Of a stretch of DNA of 64,000 bases, positions 54,723-64,000 are shown in pieces. The notes below the pieces were generated by a model. The model worked only from the letters and a program-made list of their open reading frames with translations, was not told the DNA's origin and searched no databases. A program made the translations under genes and the position numbers. Source of the stretch: Euglena gracilis (Eukaryota); the NCBI GenBank assembly GCA_039621445.1, contig CP154954.1, positions 16,262,140-16,326,139 of the forward strand, in the 5' to 3' direction. How positions within the stretch are numbered: the stretch's first letter is position 1; every line of letters starts with the position of its first letter.

Positions 54723-54763
<41 letters not shown>
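54723..54763. repeat. (CA)n microsatellite
   Basis: Seen directly. Confidence 0.95.
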
Positions 54764-54768
<5 letters not shown>

Positions 54769-55359
54769 GCAGTTGAGGTGGCAGGCAACGATCTTCAGGG
54801 TCTACCGTGTGATGTGGTCTGGGCGCAGTCCGGGCTGCTTCGGAGCCGCGCAGCTGCAGCCACAGGTCGGACTTGCCGGGGAGCTGCTGCAAGAGGCTGA
54901 ACGGGGCGGCCATATTTGGGAGGGGGGCCGGGGCAAAGACTAGCCGGAGAACCCTGTCAGAAGAGAGCAGGCGTACATCTGGGGTTTCTGCGGAAGCCGA
55001 CACGCTGGGCACAGCACCCAAATCGCACCCTGTGCACCATTTTTCCAGGTCAGGTGGAGGTGGTGTTAACGGGCGGGGCCCCAGGACCACAATCCAAAAA
55101 CGTGGATTTGTTCCTACCAGTGCTTTGAGCCAAAGGTCACAACATTGATGTACTTTTGCACAAAACGCACCTTCCTTGTGACCAATTTACATTTTTGTTT
55201 ACCATTTTTCGGCAAAAATTCAGCTGTTTGCCCTTTTTGCCTTTTTGGACCAAAAACTCCATGTCCATTGCATAAAACTGTCACAAAACGATACATTTTG
55301 CGATTTTCCGTGTCGACTGACGCTTGCATGGCACCTCTCGACGCACACTGCAGGTACAC

Positions 55360-55595
55360 TTGGTGGTGGTTGGGTGGGTGGGTGGTGGAGGTGGTGGTGG
55401 TGGGTAGGTGAGTGGGTGGGTGGGTCGTTGTGTGGGTGGGTGGGTGGGTGGGTGGGTGGGTGGGTGGGTCGGTGGATGGGTGGGTGGGTGGATGGTTGGG
55501 TATGTGGTGGGATGGGGGGGTAGGGGGGGGGATGGGTGGGGGTGGGTGGTGGTGGTGGGGTGGCGGCGGTGGTTGGTCGTGGTGGTGATGGTGGT
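55360..55595. repeat. (GGGT)n/(GGT)n G-rich tract
   Basis: Seen directly; G-quadruplex-prone. Confidence 0.9.
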
Positions 55596-56400
55596 GGCCA
55601 TCTTCGATTTTTCCACCAAAGGTGGCCAAAGGCATAGCCACCTTCGAGTCTTCCACCATGTACACCACCTTCAGCCAAAACACAATTGTGAGGCCTGCAA
55701 AAAACAAAGCAGAAAGAGGCCTCCCGCTGCCGGTTCCGAGATGTCAAACACGATGGAAGGCGGCTGGGTGTTCAGCACGGGTTGGAGCTACAAGGAAGTG
55801 GAGGCCATGATTCGCTTCAGCCTGGCGACTGCATACACAATCAACGGCGGGCAGGTGGGACGGCAGATCCAGGGCCATGCCCCATTGCTTGCCAATCATC
55901 GTCGAGCGCAACCACGTCCTAACCATCAACAAACAAAGCATCATCTGCTGCTACATCGATTACTTCTTCGTCAGAGCCAGCACGGCTCCGCCACCACAAG
56001 AGTCGTTTGGCATGACCCTCAACCAGACCTCACAGACCCTGCTGAAGTTTTCTCCCTCGGTGTCCGCTGCCGCATCATCGACGACCGCCTACGTACCACG
56101 CTCTTCGACCGCGAGGAGGAGTCCCCTTCCATACCCCGAGTGAGACACCACCGACCCCGCCCGCAGCTTGGTGGGGTGCTGATAGGGCGCTCCATCGCAG
56201 GCTAGGAAGCATTCTCCCATATGCGGGACTTCAAAGAGAGCGTAGCCAACGTCGCCCACCATGCCTTGTGGCAGGGGTACCCTGAGAAACTCGATTGTTC
56301 GGTCTGGAGCTGCTTCCTGCAACGCCGGTGGCAGGCCTCCGGTGTCCGCACCAAGGAGCTCCAATACCTGCGCTCCACTGCCCCCCAAAACCCAGGTACC
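55593..56400 (+). pseudogene. Penelope-like element reverse transcriptase relic (frameshifted)
   Basis: Motifs in order across frames: FDFST/STMYT, GRQIQG..PLLAN, CYIDYFF (decayed YIDD), FSLGVRCRII..LRTTLFDRE, LWQGYPEKL. These are typical of PLE RT palm and thumb. Confidence 0.75.
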
Positions 56401-57560
56401 CAGCCCCACACATCAGGCAAGCCAACAACCCATTGTTCTGGCAGACCTTTGGTCCCACACCGACCGCAACCCCTGCCCCCGCAAGTCCCCCCAGTTCCAC
56501 CTCCAGGCAGTCAAGTGCGCGATCGCAGCTTGTGCCTGGACACCCTGGCGGCCACACTGCCTCTGGGAGCCCCCATCGTCAAGGCCGTGGAAGGGCTGGA
56601 CGCGTCGCCCCTCGGCACCCTCCGGATTGGCACCGGCTCCGCGAGGAGGGCTGCTCGAGGCCTCACAGGAGTCCTCTGCTGTGGTCAGCTGGATGCCTTG
56701 GCCGTAGGGTTGGGAAATGGCTGCAAACCCTCCGAACCGAAACAGGACCGCCCCGGCAATGGCGCGCCATCGGCCCCCGGTGCCGGTGGTGTACCGTGCG
56801 GCTCTTAGGGGTGGACCTCCTCCGTCAACCGCGGTGTGATCCAAGAGGGGGCCCCGGTGGCAAGGTGCCGTCCCAAGTGTTGCCGTTGAGGCCGTCACCC
56901 GCCCCCCTCATGCACGGTGGGATACAGAAGGATGCCCTGGAGGCCGTGGCCGGCCCTCGAAGGTGCCGAGGCCTTGACCAGCCCTCCCCGCGCAGGCACC
57001 ATCCCGGAGGGTGCCTCAGAGGTAGGGCAATGCTCGCAGCTACCGCCAGCGCCAGAATTCAGTGGGGCCCACCGATGTGTGTTGGAAAGGCCAGTGTTGG
57101 TGGACCCATGCCCGTTCCGGTGCAATTGCCCACGCCCATGCCAGTGCCAGTGCCGGTGCCAGTGCAAGTCCGCGTGCCGGGGAGGGGGGGGAGATCGGTG
57201 GGTGAGAGAGCCTCGCTCTCTCCGTGTCGTCTGTGGCCTGGCAACCCCCGGTCAAGTGACATTGCGGCGTCACCCTCCCGGGACCAATTGGCCTCACACG
57301 CGGGCAGCATCCTTTCGGACTCGACTCTACTGCCCTCCCTGCATGGGTAGCAGGGGCGCCCAAGTGACCACACGCCCGAGGGCGTGTGGGTGTCTGGCAG
57401 GCCCTTCCGGGGCCATGTTCCAGGACCAAGGATGAGTCTTGGGTCTTGGGTTACCCCCCCAAGATCTTGCTTCTTGGGGGGGTACCCAAGAATGACAAGA
57501 TTCTTGGGTCTTGGGACCCCGGCCGAAAAATTTTTTCGTCACAGAAGGTTTCTCATTATC

Positions 57561-59795
57561 ATGGCTGTGTTCAAGAAGTTCTACAAAGCCGTTGATAAGA
57601 CGACCTTGCCTGATTTACCTGCGACTTGGAAAGGCCAGTTGTACAAGTGTACATTGGAAATTGATGCAAATGTTGATGGTGCCCTCACCAAAGTTCCTTG
57701 TAATCAGATTATCAAGGCAACCAATTTCTCCACAAATGGATTGCGTATTCACATCCGTGATGTGCACCGCAAGGAGTTTGCCTCGGTTGAGGGATCTGCA
57801 GAAGAACAGGGTTCAGGTCAAATGGACATTCGTGCTTTCGGAATGAAGGACGAAGTTGATCGCCAACAAAGGGAAAAAGTTGTCCTTGCGTTTGCACAAA
57901 ATGGGCTTCCTTACCAATTGGTGGATGATGAGTCCTTCCGTGACGCCTTCGGCGTTCAAATCCCACGGAAGATGGATCGAAATGAATTAGCATCCGCAAC
58001 CGTAACGCTCAAGAGTAATGCAGAGAATGTTCTTTTGCGAAGGTATTTTTTTCATTTTTACCGTGCATGCAAAAATATTTTTTCAGGTTGCGCAGTAAGA
58101 ACGTTTTCCTCCTGGTGGATGGGGGGACCTTGAACCGGATGAGATTATTGAACGTATCCATTGGTTGTGAGGGCAAATCTTATTTTTGGAGGAGCCTCCG
58201 TGTGCCATGCCTGAACACCCTTGAAATATTGAAGCAATTGGAAATAATCATCCAAGATTTGGATTCCAAGGAGGTGTTTGTCTTCTGTATTGTTGCTGAT
58301 AATGCAAAAGCATTTCAAAATGCAGCAGGTGACATTCGTTTCTGCCTCCTCCCACCGCGATTTCTTTTCAGCTGCATTTGAAAGAACAGGGAGAGTTAAC
58401 TGCGGTGAGGGCACTGATCCGGAAGAGGTAGAAGCCACTGAAGACCTCGAGGGGGCTCCACTTGAGGAAGCTTCTGAAATGTCCGCTTTGGAAGAGGCCA
58501 TCTCCCAGCTGAAAAGTAGAGGAATCTTTGCCGTTCGTTGTGCTGCACATTCCCTGCAGGTTTTCACGTTTTTATTTCCCTGCCGTAAGTTTTCTTCCTC
58601 ATCGTAGCTCGTCCTGAAAGACTTCCAGCATGAAATACCTCTCGTTGGCATGGCAGTTGAAGCCATTGAAGCTCTATTGATGGAACATGCAAGCACACCT
58701 GAGAGAGTCGCAAAGTTTGTGAACGCCCAGGTGGCTCTAGGTCGTGAACCTAAACTTTTAAAACGCGTCGGAGTCACAAGGTGTGATTTGAAATTGGTTT
58801 GCATTTTTTTTTTTCACAACACCATTTCGCACGCAGATGGAACACATACATTGATGCTTGGAAAGTTGCTCGGGAGTTCAAAGCGGTCATCACAGCAATG
58901 AACAGCCACGCCATTGAGCAAAAGCATTGGGATGTATTCGATCGAGCAATACTCCTCTGCGACCAGGTTAACAAACGTTCGTTGCAACTTTTTTGTACCC
59001 TTTTTTTTGGCAGATTGGAGTTGCAACAGACCGTTTGCAAAGTGACCAGGCATGTGACCAGTGTTGTTTTCGGTGACATTTTCATTCGTTGGTAGGCACC
59101 TCGTCGCAAAACTAAAGTTTTCTTTCTTGTGTGAGCCAACGATGTCGACCTTTTGGGCATGCGAACAATGTTATTTGGCCAACCCGTTTGTGTGTCCCTG
59201 AATCTTTGAAATACCTTTACAACCCTGCCATCAAAGCAACTTCGGCATTTGAGCTACCCCAGTTCGCGCTGGCGCTTGGAGAGGCTGCAGTGACGGAAGC
59301 GGCCGTTGAAAGGAGCTTCTCGATCCAGGGCAAGATGTTCACGAAGTTGCGGGCTCGCCTAACCGCTTCGCACTGCGAGTCACAGCTCTGGCTTGCCATG
59401 AACTATGTTTCTGTCATGCGTCCAAAGCTGGCCGAAGAAAGGACCAAGCGCAACCAGGCTGTTTTTTAGTGGGCAGGCACCCCAAGGCACTCCAACAAAC
59501 TTGGCCAAAAGTGCCTGGCAAGGCACCCTGGCGCCGAAGGCGCCGGAAGGCAAAAAAAAATGGCCTAAAATGGCCGATTTTCCAAGGAAAGTGCCTGGGC
59601 ACAGGCCGAAACCCAACCCCCCCCGGGGGGGTAGTGCCTGCCTGGGCAGGCACTCAAAGGCACTTCTGACCCCCCTCCCCCCCGGGGTTGGTAAAAAAAA
59701 AACAGCCTGAGCGCAACTCTGCTTTGCGTGAAAAGCATCGTGCTAAACAGGAGGCGTTGCTAGATGAGATCCTAGCAAAACGACGCAAATCTTGA
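57561..59795 (+). pseudogene. hAT transposase, spliced, disrupted
   Basis: BED finger (YKC...C...NGLRIHIRDVH), GLPYQLVDDESF, LLVDGGT (D), VADNA (D), RCAAH, TRWN and VERSFS dimerisation domain. Phase-correct introns at 58043-58086, 58329-58371, 58560-58607, 58781-58836 and 58967-59013. Frame is unresolved and short at ~59050-59240, and a MITE sits in the last exon. Confidence 0.9.
59455..59709. mobile_element. 255-bp hAT-type MITE inside the transposase last exon
   Basis: TIR CAGGCTGTTTTTT / AAAAAACAGCCTG. 8-bp TSD AGCGCAAC at 59447-59454 and 59710-59717. Confidence 0.93.
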
Positions 59796-60270
59796 TCCTT
59801 GTGAAGCACCATGCATGTGATGGCAAGGGCCAAGACTTGGTGTTGAGCATCTTGTTTCTTCACATTCGCATTGCCTGCACCCAAGATCTTGGGTCTTGGG
59901 TGGGGGGGCAAGAATCTTGGGTCACTCTTGGTACCCCCCCAAGAATACAAGACCAAGACTCATCCTTGCCAGGACACTCGTCCACCTTGCTTGGGCGACT
60001 TTAGGTGGGTAGGATCCACCCTGCCGCCGTGGGGTGTCCGGGACTGTGCAGCCCTGGCCGGGGGTCGGTGGTCTCTGCAGGGCACTGGGGGCTCGCTGGG
60101 GCCGGGTTGTTCGTGGCCGCCTGGGCACCCGGGCAACCGAGTGCGGCTTGTCGTGGCCCCTTGGGCAGCCCTCCTCCGCTGCAGCTCCCTGTCAGCGGCC
60201 CCCAGTGCCCCTCGAGACCCCAGACCGCCGGCCGGAGCTGCTCAGCTGCAGGCACCCGCCGGGCCGCATG

Positions 60271-60932
60271 CAGAGGGGGGGAGAAATTGCACATCGGGAG
60301 GTCGAAAATTGCAGCACAAAAAAAATTGCACAAAATTGCACAAAATTGCACATACCAGAAAAGCCATACCAGAAACCAGAAAAGCTGCATATTCTGCCAA
60401 TTTACCCGGTCGGTTCGCCCAAAAAGTTGCAACACAATCAGCCGTGGCAATATGCGATGGCAATACTTACGCCATTCATCCTGAATTTGTTCATCATCCA
60501 GCGGAAGACACAACAATTCATACTTAGAAGTTACCAAGGAACAAAATACGAACCTGTTGTAGAACGCCTGTTGCTCCTTTGCCAATTGGCCGATTGGGTT
60601 TGAAACCTGAGTAAACCAATAATAAACAGCCTTTGAACGGAAATTTTCACTACATACATCAATTTCCCAGCAAAAACTACCCCTGCTACCCATACATTGC
60701 AAAAACTGGCTCCTACACTGGTCAAATGTGGGGGGTGGGGGGTGGGTGGGGGGGTGGGGGGGTAGGGTAAATGTCCAGTGTAGGAGCCAGTTTTTGCAAT
60801 ACCTCCAGCAAAAAAAGGTTAAATTCTCAATTGCATCAAAAACTGACATTTTCCAAAACAAATGTCCTGGGCCATGTGCAATTAATTGCACAAAATTGCA
60901 AAAAATTGCACGGTGCAATTCCCCCCCCCCTG
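60271..60932. mobile_element. MITE with CAG-G-run TIR and AAATTGCAC subterminal repeats, 7-bp TSD
   Basis: Ends cagagggggggagaaattgcac / gtgcaattccccccccctg, with CCGCATG on both flanks. Confidence 0.85.
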
Positions 60933-61165
60933 CCGCATGGGCTTCACCTGCCTGACCGGCCCCCCGGGGGTTGCCCGGACGGCACTGAAGCTGCTTAGGA
61001 TCCGAGGCGGTCAGCCCACCCAACCCTCCTCCATCCTCACACACCGCGGGAAGCAGCGTGTGGGTTTAGGAGGGGTGCTGCCTGCGTTGGCGGCATGCCT
61101 CGGCTCCATGGCATGCCCCCAGGGTACCACCGTGCCACTGAGGCTGGAGGTGCAGGTCCGACTTG

Positions 61166-61323
61166 GTACCTTCAAGTCCCCGTGCCAGTCCACGTGCCTG
61201 CCCCAGTCCCCATGGACCGCATCGTCCATCATGGACCCCATCTAGTACCTTCAAGTCCCCGTGCCAGTCCACGTGCCTGCCCCAGTCCCCATGGACCGCA
61301 TCGTCCATCATGGACCCCATCTA
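61166..61323. repeat. 79-bp perfect tandem duplication
   Basis: gtaccttcaagtcccc...ggaccccatcta occurs twice. Confidence 0.92.
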
Positions 61324-61565
61324 CATCCCAGTGCACATGCCGGTGGCCTGCCCAACCCACATGCCTATCCGAGGTGCAGCGGCCACCTCTAGACCAGCCA
61401 AAATATGGACTGGAGGAAAATGAACAAAAAATATACACAACAGAAACGGCACATGAAGATTTCACCCCCCGGGCCTCAAACTGGTGAGGTTCAGTGAATG
61501 TTCATTGGTGACTTCACTTGGGAGGTCCGGGACCCCTCCTTCCATCTGCCTGACCTCCGGGCCCA

Positions 61566-61959
61566 TAACCCCCCCCAAAAATAAGACCGGGGGTCCATTT
61601 CATGGGTCGGTTGCTGGAAAGCCCGAGGGGGGGTCTTATTCATGGGGGGGGGGGTCCATTTTATGGATTTTTGCTGGAAATTTTCTCGACCCCCCAAAAT
61701 ACCAATTTTCGAAAAATTCGGCGCTTCGCGCCAGACAAATAGGAGAAAATATGCCGAATTTTTTTTGAAAACTGCCCCAAAATGGCAGATTTACCCCCCA
61801 AAAATGTCCCGTTTTTCAAAAATCCGGCGCTTCGCGCCGGCAGGGGGTGTCTTATTTATGGGGGGGGGGGTCCATTTCATGGATTTTTGCTCGGACCGGC
61901 CATATTTTTTTGAGGGGTCCATTTTATGGGGGGGGTCTTATTTTGGGGGGGGGGGGTAC
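61566..61959. mobile_element. MITE-like element with CCCCCCAAAAATAAGACC inverted ends
   Basis: cccccccaaaaataagacc vs ggtcttattttggggggg, with internal ggtcttatt/ggtccattt repeats. TSD not resolved. Confidence 0.55.
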
Positions 61960-63348
61960 GTTGGTTCATTTCTGTGGCCCAATCGGCCTCACCCCCCCAG
62001 CCGAGGGATTGGGCCCAAGTCATGATTGAAAGGGGGCACATTTGCATGCTGGGCGCTTGGCCCCCGACTTGGCTGCGCTTGTCCCTGAGGTTGAAACCCT
62101 GGCCTTGCCGTCAATTGTGATGGCAAGGCCGGGGGGGGGGTCAAATTTAGTCGGGCCAAATTTGCAGGTTAAGAATTTCGGCAGGCCATGCACAAAATGG
62201 GCCAAAAACCTTAAACCTTAAAAATGTGGGGCCAAAGTCGCAAGGGAAGGCTGAAGCCTAACTTTAGGGGGACAGGTTCGCCTGTAAGGAGGAGCGGAGC
62301 CAAGCGCCTGGGACTGGGGGGGGGGGGTATGTGATTGAACCCATTGGTTGGGTGCGACAAAAAACAGCTGCCGTGATATCTTCACCATCAATTCGTTTTG
62401 ACTGCCATTTGCATTCCCCCTCTCAAAACTGGTCTATCTCTCAAAATTGCTGTTGGTTGAAAAGAATCCAGCTGTTTTCAGGAAGCTGGGGGCGCTGGTT
62501 CTCCTCCCAAAACGTTCCGCAATAAACACACAATCCGACAACAAAGCCCACGCACACACAGTTCTGTCGCAGACCACATTGCAGGGGCTGCAGCGCATCG
62601 GGACGCCTGCGCATGACGGACATCCGCTCGCCATCCACTTGGGAGGCAAGGAGTGGGTCAGGGAGTGGCCCCGTGGCCCTGTATTGCGGGTGGAAGCCGT
62701 TGGGGTTTTGGGCCAGCTGTCCCCTCTTTTGGGCTTGTGGCCAAGCCGCCATATCACGGGGGGGGGGGTATGCAACTTGGCCTTTCGAATTATGCAAGTC
62801 AAAAAAATGCAAAAAAATGCAACTTTCAGAAAAACCTGATTATGCAAAAAAATGCAAATTATGCAAGTTGCATATCTCCCCCCCCCCTGCATATCAACAT
62901 CAACGGGGCCACACCGAAACGCCTGATGGGTGGGGGGGGGGTAAGGTACCTCCAGGCCAGAATGGGGGGGTGAGGGCCCCTCAACTATTCCTGCAGTTTG
63001 CATGAAAACTTTGGCCTAAAAATGGGCGTCTTGGAAAAAATGGAAAGGTGGGGGGGGACATGCAGGGGGGGGGGCGCAAAATATCCACACGGGCAGGCGA
63101 AAAAAATAACTGTATAAAACCGCACACAAGTACACACAATTGTAGAAATGCATGCACTGACATACACTGACTTCTGAAGAAAAAAAAACAGATTGTCAAC
63201 ATTCTGCTGTGACGGACTTTGGAAACATTTGTTTGTTTTTCAAAAAAAATTCACACTCAAGGGTTCTTGGCTCAGATGTGAAGGGTTCAGGGAGGCTTGA
63301 CCCAAAAATAGAGTCACCCAAAAGTGGGGAAGAAAAGACTCTGAGCCA

Positions 63349-64000
63349 CTTAGGCGGCCCAACTCGCACTTAGCTTTGAAAGTGACTGTAAATTTGCGCC
63401 GACGCGCAAATCCAAAAAAAAGTTTGGTTTTCGAACACCGTGGCCTGAGACTCGAGACAATCCGAAAATAGTGTCTCCCTGCACCCCAGGGCCTGGGGAC
63501 GAAAGCAACGACCTGGAACTCCACGGTCCACGGGCACAGCGCTCCCGGGGCCCCGTGTGCCTGAATACGAAGCGGCGGGTAATAAAACGAGGGGACTCCA
63601 TTGCGCATTTGCGCTTTGGCGCATTTTTTTTTTTCATCACGAAAAAAACATTTGCGCTTTCACGCAAATTTTGACTTTTTTGTAATTCAACATGTGGGTG
63701 ACCATTGCCGCACTTGGACAATGATAACAACTTTTGTGTCAACATGTGTTTCCCTTGCGCCAAAGCGCAATGGGCAGGCTTATGAAGAATGGAAATTTAA
63801 GAGTTACCTTGCGCCAAAGCGCAAATAGAAATACAATTTTTAAAATTGTAAAAGCAACATGGCTTGCGCCGAAGCGCAAATATAACTACTTGAAACTTAT
63901 CTCACAACGGAGGGAGAGAACGGCCCGGGTAGAGTATGAACACCAGAGGTGATAGAGCACAAGATATAGTGCAGGGGGACGGAAGCCTACTCTCAGTCAC
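63349..64000 (+). mobile_element. Left end of another CTTAGG-ended element, with TTGCGC-CAAA-GCGCAA palindromes (runs off the window)
   Basis: Begins CTTAGGCGGCCCAACTCGCACTTAG. Palindrome variants at 63392, 63610, 63651, 63755, 63809 and 63864. Confidence 0.65.

Larger units (their letters stand above)
57427..59968 (+). mobile_element. hAT DNA transposon, 2542 bp
   Basis: 16-bp perfect TIR CAAGGATGAGTCTTGG (extends with one indel). 7-bp TSD CCAGGAC at 57420-57426 and 59969-59975. TCTTG/CAAGA subterminal repeats at both ends. Confidence 0.93.

Overview
Repeat-dense eukaryotic genomic DNA with short GT-AG introns, long (GT/CA)n tracts, G/C runs and nested MITEs. It looks euglenid-like, but that is inference only. 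No prokaryotic genes, RNA genes or CRISPR array were seen. (1) Positions 1-31.3 kb are a ~17.1-kb-period tandem segmental duplication (1-15640 vs 17099-31278) made of MITE and TE debris. (2) Positions 31969-42927 are an apparently complete ~11-kb TIR element (CTTAGG...CCTAAG, TAAGA target duplication) with two spliced genes. One is an Academ/DUF6589-like DDE transposase. The other has a ParB/Srx-like N-terminus and a degenerate DNA-methyltransferase-like region. About 20 copies of the palindrome GAAGCGG-AAAA-CCGCTTC lie only between its TIRs. This ParB-like plus parS-like arrangement inside a eukaryotic transposon is the main candidate novel system. Two more CTTAGG-type ends (45752, 63349) are each followed by a different palindrome cluster. 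(3) Positions 47-54 kb hold two decayed copies of an unknown minus-strand multi-exon gene. (4) Positions 55.6-61.4 kb are a decayed Penelope-like retroelement. A spliced hAT transposon (57427-59968, 7-bp TSD) is nested in it, and a MITE has in turn inserted into the hAT's last exon. All protein family calls are by-eye motif recognition and need HMM or structure confirmation.
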